NCBI GenBank assembly: GCA_050744865.1
Contig: JBOGHW010000059.1
Span: forward strand, 15,895-79,894
DNA: 64,000 nucleotides
DNA from: Acidimicrobiales bacterium
GTDB lineage: Bacteria > Actinomycetota > Acidimicrobiia > Acidimicrobiales > Bog-793
Direction of reading: 5' to 3'
The notes beneath the pieces are model-generated. The model saw only the letters and a program-made list of their open reading frames with translations, ran no database searches and had not been told where the DNA came from. Shown here one piece after another: positions 32,595 to 41,712 of this stretch (positions are counted from its first letter, which is position 1; each line of letters begins with the position of its first letter). A program made the position numbers and the translations under genes.

Positions 32595-33629
32595 TCAGAC
32601 AGCCCCGTCGGACGCGACGGCCGCAGCCAGTTTGGCGGACAGATCGCGCCCGGCCATGTCGTGGCCCGCACGCACGGCGTTGAAGATCGCCCGGGACGTC
32701 GAGGAGCCGTGGCTGATGATGCAGACCCCCTTCAGCCCGAGCAGCATCGCGCCGCCTGTGTTCTCGGGGTCGAGCGGTTCGGCTCTCCGCAGCAGCGTCG
32801 GCAGCAGGATCTCCGAAGCGGCCTTGCACTCGGGGCTATCCCCGAAGACCTCGAAGAGGATCGTCATGAAGGACCTGAGAGCCCCTTCGAGCGTCTTCAG
32901 GGCGACGTTGCCGGTGAAGCCGTCGGTGACGATGACCTGGACGCCGCCTGCCAGCAGATCGCGCCCCTCGGCGTTGCCGACGAACTCGAACGGGTTCGCC
33001 TCCGTCGAGGCGCCGGCGGCCAGAAGGGAGTGAACTTCCTTGGTGAGCGCGTTGCCCTTCGAGGACTCCTCGCCTATCGACAAAGTTGCGACCCGCGGCC
33101 GCTCCAGGCCGTAGCGCTCCCGGTAGAAGGCAGCTCCCATCTGGGCGAATTGCACGAGCCACTCCGGCTGGCAGTCGGAGTTGGCACCAGCGTCCAGCAG
33201 GACCGATGGCGAGTCTCCGAGGGCAGGCAAGGGCGTGGCGATACAAGGCCGGGCCACGCCGGGCAACCGTCCCATGCGAAGCAGGGCGCTTGCCATCGTG
33301 GCGCCGGTGTTGCCTGCGCTGACCATGGCACAGGCCCGCCCGTCGCGGACCGCCTCGGCGGCTCGGACCAAGGTCGAGTCCTTCTTCGTGCGGACTCCTC
33401 TGGCGGCGTCGTCTTCCATTCCGATCACCTCGGACGCCGGGATCAGCTCAAGGCCCCCGAGGTCGCCGAGAGAACCGTCGTCTGGCCCGACGAGAACCAC
33501 GGGGATGCCGATCTCCTCGGACGCCCGGATGGCGCCGGCGACTATCTCGCCCGGTGCCTTGTCCCCGCCCATGGCGTCGACGGCTACGGGGAGGCCCCCT
33601 GGCGCGGCCTCAGCTGTCGGTGGGGTCAA
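32595..33629 (-). CDS. plsX: phosphate acyltransferase PlsX
   Basis: VAVDAMGGDKAPGEIV near N-terminus; ORF track start 33746 overlaps rpmF; TTG 33629 overlapping rpmF stop (TTGA) proposed, start uncertain. Confidence 0.9.
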   Translation of the reverse strand: MTPPTAEAAPGGLPVAVDAMGGDKAPGEIVAGAIRASEEIGIPVVLVGPDDGSLGDLGGLELIPASEVIGMEDDAARGVRTKKDSTLVRAAEAVRDGRACAMVSAGNTGATMASALLRMGRLPGVARPCIATPLPALGDSPSVLLDAGANSDCQPEWLVQFAQMGAAFYRERYGLERPRVATLSIGEESSKGNALTKEVHSLLAAGASTEANPFEFVGNAEGRDLLAGGVQVIVTDGFTGNVALKTLEGALRSFMTILFEVFGDSPECKAASEILLPTLLRRAEPLDPENTGGAMLLGLKGVCIISHGSSTSRAIFNAVRAGHDMAGRDLSAKLAAAVASDGAV

Positions 33630-33805
33630 TCGACTTCGAGTGCCTGACGGCCGTGGTACCAGCCGCAGGACGGGCACACGACGTGCGGGAGCTTGGCGTT
33701 GCGGCACTGCGGGCAGATGCTGCGGGCGGGCTCCTTCAGAGTCCACGCCGAGGCGCGCCGGCTACGGCTCTTCGACTTCGAGGTCTTCTTCTTGGGGACG
33801 GCCAT
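33626..33805 (-). CDS. rpmF: 50S ribosomal protein L32
   Basis: MAVPKKKTSKSKSRSRRA...CPQC...CPSCG; ORF track start 33949 trimmed to ATG 33805 (GAGGAAG upstream). Confidence 0.9.
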   Translation of the reverse strand: MAVPKKKTSKSKSRSRRASAWTLKEPARSICPQCRNAKLPHVVCPSCGWYHGRQALEVD

Positions 33806-33837
33806 AGTCGCTTCCTCTATCCGGTGCTGACTCGTTG

Positions 33838-34332
33838 CTAGGTTGCTACATCTGATCCGTTGTGCTCGAGCCGAACCGCGCACGAGCATGCCTCGTTGTT
33901 GCGGTTCACTCCGCACTCCGGGCAAAGACCCTGGCAGGCCTCTCGGCACAGCGGCGCCAACGGCAGCTCAAGGATACAGGCATCGTGGACTATCGGTTCC
34001 AGGTCCAGCCAGTCCGGTTCGACACCATAGCCGAGCTCAGGGTCGGGATGGTCCAGGCAGACCTCGCGGACGGCCACCACCAGCTCCCCGCTCGCCTCTT
34101 CCAGGCACCGACGGCACTCGCCTTCGTAACGTGCCTGCGCCGTCCCGTCGACGACGACTCCGCCGACAGTCGACGTCACTTTGCCCTTGAAGGACACGGC
34201 GGATTCGTCGGGGACCCGGGCATAGGTGATCGCCATGCCGGGCAGGGGTGCGTGTATCTCCACTTCCCTGGCCGATCCCGAGTGCCTCCTGAGAGCGCCC
34301 ACGGGCACGAGCCAGGCCCTGGCCGGGCTCAC
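33838..34332 (-). CDS. YceD/DUF177 family protein
   Basis: CRRCLEE...CREACQGLCPECG; conserved position upstream of rpmF; GTG 34332 overlapping upstream stop (GTGA) proposed, start uncertain. Confidence 0.8.
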   Translation of the reverse strand: MSPARAWLVPVGALRRHSGSAREVEIHAPLPGMAITYARVPDESAVSFKGKVTSTVGGVVVDGTAQARYEGECRRCLEEASGELVVAVREVCLDHPDPELGYGVEPDWLDLEPIVHDACILELPLAPLCREACQGLCPECGVNRNNEACSCAVRLEHNGSDVAT

Positions 34333-34922
34333 TCCTCGTCCTGGTCGAAGAAGCCCTCCGCCTCCCTCGCCTGGCCCTCGAACCATTCCTCGGCTTCCTG
34401 GTCCACGTCCGGCCCGTCGGCGGGCACCGAGGCGAGCCGTTCACGCCCGGCCCGCACGGTCTTGGTGGTGCGATCGAGCACGATCTCGAAGGCAGCCAGC
34501 TTCTGGTCGATGTAGTCATCGGCTTCGTGGCGCATCCGCCGGCACTCCGCCTCGGCATCCTCGACCAGCCGCACGGCGCGGTGCTCGGCCTGCCGCACGA
34601 TCTCGGTCCGCTGCACCATTCGCTCGGCGTGGACACGAGCGTCTTCGATGATCTCGGTCGCTTCCCTCCGGGCGGCGGCGAGCACGTCCTCACGATCCTT
34701 GAGCAGGCGGCGGGCGCGGCGAAGCTCCTCGGGAAACTCGTCGCGAGCCGCTTCCACCAAGTCGAGGACTTCTTCTCTTGGAATCAGGACCGAGGACGAC
34801 AGGGGCATCGACTTGGCCGACGACACGATGTCGATCAACTCGTCGAGAACACCTTCGACACCGCCGGCAGCCAGCGACTCTCCTTCAGTGCCCTCAGGGT
34901 CGACGTAGGTGGTGTCGCTCAC
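34329..34922 (-). CDS. coiled-coil DivIVA-like protein (positional equivalent of mycobacterial Rv2927c/SepIVA)
   Basis: 197 aa, highly charged heptad-like sequence; position between coaD and DUF177 as in mycobacteria; GTG overlaps coaD stop (GTGA). Confidence 0.7.
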   Translation of the reverse strand: MSDTTYVDPEGTEGESLAAGGVEGVLDELIDIVSSAKSMPLSSSVLIPREEVLDLVEAARDEFPEELRRARRLLKDREDVLAAARREATEIIEDARVHAERMVQRTEIVRQAEHRAVRLVEDAEAECRRMRHEADDYIDQKLAAFEIVLDRTTKTVRAGRERLASVPADGPDVDQEAEEWFEGQAREAEGFFDQDEE

Positions 34923-35392
34923 TTCAGTTCCTTCAATCGCCGGGCTACGGGCGCCGGCACCATGCTGCTGACGTCTCTGCCGTAAAGCGCCACTTCGCGT
35001 ATCAGCCGGCTCGCATGGTAGGCGTACTGCGAGCCGGTCGGCAGGAAGAGGGTCTCGATTCCGGTCAGCTCGCGGTTCATCTGGGCCATCTGGAACTCGC
35101 TCTCGAAGTCCGACACGGCTCGCAAGCCTTTCACGATGGCAGTGGCCCCTACCTCGCGGGCAATGTCGACCACCAGCGTCTGCATGCGCATCACGCGGAC
35201 CGTCGGCAGGTGCGCCACCGACTCGGTGATCATTGCCTCGCGTTCCTCAGGCGAGAAGACGGGCTCAGCCTTCTGCGGGTTGCGGAGCGAGGCGATGATC
35301 ACTTCGTCGAACAAGCCGGCTGCCCTTTCGGCGATCTCGAGGTGGCCGTTGTGGAACGGGTCGAACGAGCCGGGAAACAGGGCGATGGTCAA
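34919..35392 (-). CDS. coaD: phosphopantetheine adenylyltransferase
   Basis: LFPGSFDPFHNGH (T/HxGH motif); TTG start overlaps rsmD stop (TTGA). Confidence 0.9.
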   Translation of the reverse strand: MTIALFPGSFDPFHNGHLEIAERAAGLFDEVIIASLRNPQKAEPVFSPEEREAMITESVAHLPTVRVMRMQTLVVDIAREVGATAIVKGLRAVSDFESEFQMAQMNRELTGIETLFLPTGSQYAYHASRLIREVALYGRDVSSMVPAPVARRLKELK

Positions 35393-36018
35393 AAGGAGTC
35401 CTTGTCACTCGAGTCGGGCTCATCTGCAGCGGCACTATGCCGCTTGTCCCGCACCAGCGTCACGAGCGTACCGCCATAGCGATATTGGCGCGAGATCTCG
35501 TAGCTGCCGCCGGCTTCGAGTGGGTCGCGGTGCTCGAGCAGCATGCAGCAAGCTGCGCAACGCCGGAAGAGCAGCTGCCAGCCCTTCCACTCATAAGGGG
35601 GGTCGGCCAGGACCAGGTCGACGGGGGCAGCCGCGTACAGCTCCAGCCAGGCCTCGACATCTGTGCGCCTGACCTTGACAGTCGGCAGGCCGGGGTCATC
35701 GGTCTGGGTGGCGAGAGCGCGGGCGGCGACTCGGCTGCCCGAGGAGAACCCGGTGCCCGCCAGGTTGGCGTCGATCGCCCGCAATGCTCGCGGATCTCGC
35801 TCCACGAAGGTGACCGACGAGGCGCCGCGGCTCAGCGCCTCGATACCGAGAGCTCCTGAGCCGGCGAACAAGTCAACCACGACGGCACCCTCCACGAGGC
35901 CACGAGCATCGAGAATGTCGAACATCGCCTCTCGGACGCGATCGCTCGTCGGGCGAAGCCCCGCTATCCGGGGGGCCACGAGGCGGCGGCCGCCTGCTTG
36001 CCCTCCGATCACCCGCAT
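35389..36018 (-). CDS. rsmD: 16S rRNA (guanine966-N2)-methyltransferase
   Basis: LRPTSDRVREAMFDIL, VVDLFAGSGALGIEALSRGA, ADPPY. Confidence 0.9.
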   Translation of the reverse strand: MRVIGGQAGGRRLVAPRIAGLRPTSDRVREAMFDILDARGLVEGAVVVDLFAGSGALGIEALSRGASSVTFVERDPRALRAIDANLAGTGFSSGSRVAARALATQTDDPGLPTVKVRRTDVEAWLELYAAAPVDLVLADPPYEWKGWQLLFRRCAACCMLLEHRDPLEAGGSYEISRQYRYGGTLVTLVRDKRHSAAADEPDSSDKDSF

Positions 36019-36064
36019 GGCTGCCCCATATCTCTCGTATGCATCCTGTCAGTTCCGGATGCGG

Positions 36065-38317
36065 TCAGCTCCGGAAGAGGAATTGACGCTCCTCTTCGGT
36101 CACCGACATCTCGACCTCGTCCCAGAGCAGCCGGTGCCGCCCGTCGAGATGCGGCTCTTCATCGACGAGCGCCTCGGCCACCTGGCGAGCCTTCAGGATG
36201 AGGTCGCGGTGATCCACGAGCGAAGCCAACTTGAGGTCTGACCGCCCCTTCTGGCGGGCGCCGAGCACGGTCCCGGCGCCACGGAGCTTGAGGTCGGCCT
36301 CCGCCAGGTCGAAGCCGTTCTCGGTGCCTTCCATGGCACCTAGCCGCGAGATGGCGATCTCGCTCACCGGATCGGACAGCAAGAAGCAGTAGCTCTTGTC
36401 GGCACCCCGCCCCACGCGCCCTCTGAGCTGGTGCAGCTGCGCGAGCCCGTAGCGATCTGCATCCTCGATCACCATCACGGTCGCGTTCGTCACGTCCACG
36501 CCGACCTCCACGACAGTCGTGGCGACCAGTGCCTGGATCTCGCCGGCGCGGAATGCCGACATGACGGCGTCCTTATGCTTGGAGGGCAGCTGGCCGTGCA
36601 GGAGCCCGACCGAATAGCCGGCCAGCTCCGTCATGCTCAGTCGCTCACACTCCTCGACGGCGGCGTGCGGTGGTTGGCGATCGCGGCCGTCCTCGAGGTC
36701 GAGGCGGCCAGCGGCGCTCGCCTCGCTACGGCGGCCGGCCGTTGCCGCCACCGGCTCGTCCTCGTCGTCATCGGCCGGGTCGTCGTCTGCCTCTTCGTAG
36801 CCTTCCTCGGCACCTGCACCGCCCCCTACCAAGGGGCAGATGACGTAGGCCTGGTGGCCGCCGTCCAGTTCTGCGCGCACTCGTTTCCAGGCCTGAGCTG
36901 CCTGCGCCCAGCCGAGCCAGCGGGTGGCGACGGGCGTCCGGCCCGGTGGCAGCTCGTCGAGAGTCGTGTGGTCGAGATCGCCGTACACCGTCATGGCAGC
37001 TGTGCGGGGGATCGGCGTAGCGGTCATGACGAGCAGATCGGGGTCGACCGAGCCCTTCTCGCGCAGCGCAGCTCTTTGCTCCACACCGAAACGATGCTGC
37101 TCGTCCACCACCACCACACCCAAAGACCGGAAGGCGACGTCAGGAGTGAGAAGCGCATGCGTACCGACGAGCAGGTCGACGGCTCCGGCGGCCAAACCGG
37201 CGAGGATACGAGCTCGCTCGGTGGCCGTCGAGCGGCTCGTGAGCAGCTCGACCAGGAGCGGACGTTCACCTGCCAGCCGCGCCTGGTCCGGCAGGGCCAG
37301 GCCTTCGACGAGCCTGGTGACGGCCAAATAGTGCTGCTCGGCAAGAACCTCTGTCGGCACCATGAACGCGCCCTGGTGACCACCCTGGACCGCGTAGAGA
37401 AGGGCAGCGACGGCAACCACCGTCTTGCCCGAGCCGACATCGCCTTGCAGGAGCTGGCTCATCGGGTGAGCAGCACCGAGGTCCGTGGCAATGGCCCGGA
37501 TCGAGCGCTCTTGAGCACCGGTCAGCTCGAAGGGCAGGCGTGCCACGAAGCACGACACCAGACCGCCCGGCGACGTGTCGTGGACCACTCCGCGAGTCTC
37601 GGCAGCCACGGCACGCTTTCGTCTGACCAGGAGCAGCTGTAGGCGGAGCAGCTCGTCGAAGGCCAATCGCCGCCTCGCTCGTTCCTTGGCGGCCATGTCG
37701 TCGGGCCGGTGGATGGACCGGAACGCCTCGGTTCTCCCCACGAGCTTCAGCTCGTCCAGGTACCTGCCCGGCACCGGGTCGTAGAAATCGCCGGCACGCT
37801 CGAGGGCCTCCTCCTCGTAGCGGGCGATGTCCACCGAGCTGACGTTGGCCTTGCCCGACTGCTTGTAGATGGCCACGATGCGGCCTGTCTGGTCGCCGAC
37901 GAGGTCGATGATCGGGTTGGCGAGCTTCAGCCTGCCCCTGTAAGCGCCGACCTTGCCGAACACCGTCACCTCCTGACCGGCCGAGAACTGCTTGGCGCGC
38001 CAGGGCTGGTTGAAGAAAGTGCAGTCGATCACGCCGGAGTCGTCCGTGAGGGCGATCTCGGCGCTCGTTTTGCCGCCGCGCATACGGCGCACGGAGGTGT
38101 GGGCGACCGTGGCCGTGACCACGGCGAGATCGCCCTCGCGCAAAGAGGCGATGGTCGCCTGGTTCGTGCGGTCCACCCACCGTCGCGGATAGTGGGTGAG
38201 CAGGTCGAGAACGCTGGTGACCTCCAGGGCCTTCAGCGCCGCGGCCTTCCTGGGCGTGACTGTCTTGAGCACCGAGACGTCGAGCTCGGACAGCTGGCGG
38301 AGGCGGCGTTCGGTCAC
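36065..38317 (-). CDS. recG: ATP-dependent DNA helicase RecG
   Basis: 750 aa; wedge domain, LLQGDVGSGKTVVA, VVVDEQHRFGV; acidic insertion EEADDDPADDDEDEP; GTG overlaps yloV stop (GTGA). Confidence 0.95.
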   Translation of the reverse strand: MTERRLRQLSELDVSVLKTVTPRKAAALKALEVTSVLDLLTHYPRRWVDRTNQATIASLREGDLAVVTATVAHTSVRRMRGGKTSAEIALTDDSGVIDCTFFNQPWRAKQFSAGQEVTVFGKVGAYRGRLKLANPIIDLVGDQTGRIVAIYKQSGKANVSSVDIARYEEEALERAGDFYDPVPGRYLDELKLVGRTEAFRSIHRPDDMAAKERARRRLAFDELLRLQLLLVRRKRAVAAETRGVVHDTSPGGLVSCFVARLPFELTGAQERSIRAIATDLGAAHPMSQLLQGDVGSGKTVVAVAALLYAVQGGHQGAFMVPTEVLAEQHYLAVTRLVEGLALPDQARLAGERPLLVELLTSRSTATERARILAGLAAGAVDLLVGTHALLTPDVAFRSLGVVVVDEQHRFGVEQRAALREKGSVDPDLLVMTATPIPRTAAMTVYGDLDHTTLDELPPGRTPVATRWLGWAQAAQAWKRVRAELDGGHQAYVICPLVGGGAGAEEGYEEADDDPADDDEDEPVAATAGRRSEASAAGRLDLEDGRDRQPPHAAVEECERLSMTELAGYSVGLLHGQLPSKHKDAVMSAFRAGEIQALVATTVVEVGVDVTNATVMVIEDADRYGLAQLHQLRGRVGRGADKSYCFLLSDPVSEIAISRLGAMEGTENGFDLAEADLKLRGAGTVLGARQKGRSDLKLASLVDHRDLILKARQVAEALVDEEPHLDGRHRLLWDEVEMSVTEEERQFLFRS

Positions 38318-40113
38318 TCAACCGAGATTAGGTATGGGTACAGAGCCTGCCCACCGTGATGGAGTTCAACCGAGACTCCTGGATGAGTCTCGGCAAGCCA
38401 CTCGGTGATGTGGCGCGTGTCGGCAGCCTTGGCCGCCACGCCCTCGATGATCGTGACGATCTCACACGAGTCGTCGAGCAGCTCGTCGATCAGCCGGATC
38501 GTCACTTCGGAGACGCTCTTGGCCACGACTTCGATCCCCCGGCGGGAGATCCCGATCCAGTCGCCCTCGGCCACTGCGCCCGCCTCTGTCGAGCTCGCCC
38601 GCACGGCCTGTGTGACCTCGCCGGCTGCCACCCGAGCGGCCGCCGCCGTCATCGAGGATGCGTTCTCGTCGGCACCGGCCTGCGGGTCGTACTCCAGCAA
38701 GGCAGCGAAGCCCTCCTGGATCCCGGGGGTGTTCACCACCCTCGCCGGCTTGGTCGCCAGCTCGCAGGCTTGGGCGGCCACGGCGAAGATGTTCTTGTTG
38801 TTGGGGAGCACCACGACCTCGGCGCCCGGGGTCGTCTCGATGACGGTCAGGATCTGCTCGGTCGAAGGGTTCATCGACTGCCCGCCGGCCACGATGTGAA
38901 GGGCACCCAGCGAGTGGAAGATCCGCCCGATTCCCGTCCCCGTGGCGACTGAGACGACAGATGTCGTGGGGGGCGGGCCGACCTCCAGCTCCTCAGGTTC
39001 GCCCCCCGATGTCGACTCGACCGCCCTGCGTACCCAGGACTCCTCCTCGACTTGCTCGAGCAGGTCCGTCACACGGATGTTGCGGGGACGGCCGGCGTCG
39101 AGGGCTGCTTCCAACGCAGCTCCGATGTCGTTGGTGTGAATGTGGCAGTTCCAGGTCCCCTCGCCACCGACGACCACGATGGAGTCGCCTAAGCCCGCCC
39201 ACACGCTCTTGAAGGCAGGAATGGCGTGGTCGGCCGCCTCGAGGAAGTACATCACCTCGTAACGCAGGTCGGCGATGTCGTCCGCGGCGAGTCCCCGGAC
39301 GCCTGTGGAGCTGACCGCGGCGGCACGCACGCCCGACCCGACCCGGTCGAGGACCCCGTCGGGCAACGGGATCTGATCAGGGACAGGACGCCCGTCCAGC
39401 ACTTCCAGCAACGCGTCGAACAGCAGGACGAGCCCGGCGCCCCCGGCGTCGACCACGCCGGCGTCGGCGAGCACGGGGAGTTGCTCCGGCGTGTGCCAGA
39501 GTGCCTCGACGGCGGCGGCCCTGGCGGCCTCGGCGACAGCGTTGATGGCGGGCTCTGTCTCGAGGTGGGTGCCGGGGGGTGCAGTGCCGGGGGGTGCAGT
39601 GCCACTACTGCCCGTCAGCTCGGCGGCCGCTTCGGCGGCCGCCTTGATCACGCTCAGAATGGTTCCCTCGACGGGCCGCATCACCGCCGAGTGAGCGGCG
39701 CTGTTCGCCTCGGCCAATGCCGCGGCCAGGGCGCCTGCGCTGATCTCGGCTCGTGGCGTCTGCGTGGCCGTAGAGCCGGCAGGGGGCGAGGGCGCCGGAC
39801 CGGCCGCGACCGAGGCCACGAAGCTGGCCGTGAGGCCGCGCAGGATCTGGCAAAGAATGACACCCGAGTTCCCGCGGGCCCCCATGAGCGAGCCGTGGGA
39901 GATGGCCATGCACGTAGCAGCCATGTCGTCGTCCGGCACGGACGCCAGCTGGCGGCTCACGGACTCGAGCGTGAGGTGCATGTTCGTACCGGTGTCACCG
40001 TCGGGAACCGGATAGACGTTCAGCTTGTTGATCAGGTCCTTCTGGCGCTCGAGGGCACCCTCGAAGCTGCGCATCACGGCGCCGAGCTCGGCCGCCCCGA
40101 GCGCGGTGCTCAC
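38314..40113 (-). CDS. DAK2-domain fusion protein (YloV family)
   Basis: LNVYPVPDGDTGTNMHLT; ORF track start 40401 overlaps rpmB, trimmed to GTG 40113; contains GTAPPGTAPPGT duplication. Confidence 0.85.
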   Translation of the reverse strand: MSTALGAAELGAVMRSFEGALERQKDLINKLNVYPVPDGDTGTNMHLTLESVSRQLASVPDDDMAATCMAISHGSLMGARGNSGVILCQILRGLTASFVASVAAGPAPSPPAGSTATQTPRAEISAGALAAALAEANSAAHSAVMRPVEGTILSVIKAAAEAAAELTGSSGTAPPGTAPPGTHLETEPAINAVAEAARAAAVEALWHTPEQLPVLADAGVVDAGGAGLVLLFDALLEVLDGRPVPDQIPLPDGVLDRVGSGVRAAAVSSTGVRGLAADDIADLRYEVMYFLEAADHAIPAFKSVWAGLGDSIVVVGGEGTWNCHIHTNDIGAALEAALDAGRPRNIRVTDLLEQVEEESWVRRAVESTSGGEPEELEVGPPPTTSVVSVATGTGIGRIFHSLGALHIVAGGQSMNPSTEQILTVIETTPGAEVVVLPNNKNIFAVAAQACELATKPARVVNTPGIQEGFAALLEYDPQAGADENASSMTAAAARVAAGEVTQAVRASSTEAGAVAEGDWIGISRRGIEVVAKSVSEVTIRLIDELLDDSCEIVTIIEGVAAKAADTRHITEWLAETHPGVSVELHHGGQALYPYLISVE

Positions 40114-40219
40114 TCGTGCGCCAGCCTGGTCGACAGGCAAGTGAGGGGAGCCATGGCGGAGGATGGTAATCTGCAGCTCGTTCCTAGCAGGTCTTCGTCT
40201 TCTGAGGTGACGCGTCCCG

Positions 40220-40432
40220 ATGGCAGCCGTATGCGAACTCTGTGGCAAGCACCCCGGCTTCGGGATGAACCTGTCGCACTCACACCGCCGCACGAAGCGG
40301 CGCTTCGACCCGAACATCCAGAACGTGAGAGCGTTCGTGAACGGCACTCCCCGGCGGCTCAACGTCTGCACCTCGTGCATCCGGGCGGGCAAGGTCGTCA
40401 AGCCCCCGAAGCGCCAGATTCCCTCGGCTTGA
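40220..40432 (+). CDS. rpmB: 50S ribosomal protein L28
   Basis: MAAVCELCGKHPGFGMNLSHSHRRTKRRFDPNIQ; Cys pairs CELC and CTSC (zinc-binding form). Confidence 0.9.
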   Translation: MAAVCELCGKHPGFGMNLSHSHRRTKRRFDPNIQNVRAFVNGTPRRLNVCTSCIRAGKVVKPPKRQIPSA

Positions 40433-40485
40433 ATCCTGCTGCTTGGCGCCCCAGCCGAGAGCTGCCGGGCCAGCCCACGGCGTGA

Positions 40486-41523
40486 TCACCCGAACGAGTG
40501 CGACCAGCCGACGATCCGAAGCGGCAGTCCTCCGAGCGAGCATCCCGGCTGGGCGCTCGTAACGCTGGCACAGACGCCCATCCGGACGGGTGGCCGCAAC
40601 CCGGCTGAGGCGAAGGCGGCCACTACTTCTGTCCCCGGCTCGGTGCAAAAGACCAGTTCGTAGTCCTCTCCACCGCCTAGGGCATGCTCGAGGCTGGCTC
40701 CGCCGGCGATCGGAACCGAGTCGAGCCGGACGCCCACTCCTGAGCCTGTCGCGATGTGGTCGAGGTCGCGGGCCAGCCCGTCCGACACGTCGATCATGCC
40801 CCGCGCCCCAAGAGATGCAGCCAGCCTGCCCTCGGCGACACGGGCCACGGGCCGCCTGTAGGCAAGCGCCAGCTCGGCGGCCACCGAGCGACGGTCGCCA
40901 CCAGCGGTGTCCCCGAGTGGCGCCGCGGCTTGCAGCGCCTCCAGCCCGGCAGCCGACGCCCCGAGCGGGCCGGTGACCCAGACCTCGTCACCGGCCTTGG
41001 CGCCGCTGCGGAGCACCTCTCCCCCCGCCGCGCACGACCCTGTCACGGTCACGGCGAACACGAGACGTTCTCCTCTCGTCAGGTCGCCACCGACCAGCCC
41101 GATCCGATAGGCAGCGGCGGCCTCGGCCAAGCCGCCCATGACGGCGTCGAGGTCGGTGCCGCCAGGTGCGGCCAGTCCGACGACGGCGTGCCGGGGCTCT
41201 CCTCCCATGGCCGCGATGTCGCTCACGTTGACGGCTATGGCTTTCCAGGCGGCGTCCTCGAGCGAGCCGAGGGCGAGGTCGAAGTGAACTCCCTCCACCA
41301 AGAGGTCAGTCGTCAGGAGGAGGCGGCCCTCCGGCGGGACGAGGACGGCGGCGTCGTCGCCCGTAAAGGTCTCCCCGGGCAGCGCCCGGCGCAGTCCCCG
41401 ATAGCGTCGAGGATCCGCCAGGCGTGCCGACATTCGGGCGAGGACGGCGAACTCGTCGGCGCCGGACTCATCTCCGGAGCCACCTCTGGAATCGTCTCCA
41501 GAGCCCTCACTCGGCAGGGGCAT
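40486..41523 (-). CDS. thiL: thiamine-monophosphate kinase
   Basis: GDDAAVL, LLTTDLLVEGVHF, AIAVNVSDIAAMGG (AIR-synthase-related fold); ATG 41523 preferred to ORF start 41601, uncertain. Confidence 0.85.
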   Translation of the reverse strand: MPLPSEGSGDDSRGGSGDESGADEFAVLARMSARLADPRRYRGLRRALPGETFTGDDAAVLVPPEGRLLLTTDLLVEGVHFDLALGSLEDAAWKAIAVNVSDIAAMGGEPRHAVVGLAAPGGTDLDAVMGGLAEAAAAYRIGLVGGDLTRGERLVFAVTVTGSCAAGGEVLRSGAKAGDEVWVTGPLGASAAGLEALQAAAPLGDTAGGDRRSVAAELALAYRRPVARVAEGRLAASLGARGMIDVSDGLARDLDHIATGSGVGVRLDSVPIAGGASLEHALGGGEDYELVFCTEPGTEVVAAFASAGLRPPVRMGVCASVTSAQPGCSLGGLPLRIVGWSHSFG

Positions 41524-41712
41524 GTCGCGGACGGTAGCCGATGCGCCGGCAGTGGCCGCAACGGGGCCGACTTTGGCACGACCCGGTCGCTCGCATAGCA
41601 TCGATCAATACGCTGTGTCAGGAGCAGGACGCTCCGGGCACACCCCGCACGACCTGCAGCGATAGGTGCAGGGTATGACGAAGATCGCAGCCGTGAAAGG
41701 ACAGGGCCCACT

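Noticed and set aside
40114-40401. N-terminal extension of the yloV ORF to 40401
   Set aside because: It overlaps the clearly real rpmB gene on the other strand, and the extension has no YloV similarity. I trimmed it to GTG 40113.
41524-41712. TPP riboswitch or another leader upstream of thiL / pckG
   Set aside because: I recognised no TPP-riboswitch core (CUGAGA ... ACCUGA-type elements). Only a short CCTGCA/TGCAGG hairpin is present. thiL is also not a usual TPP-riboswitch target.
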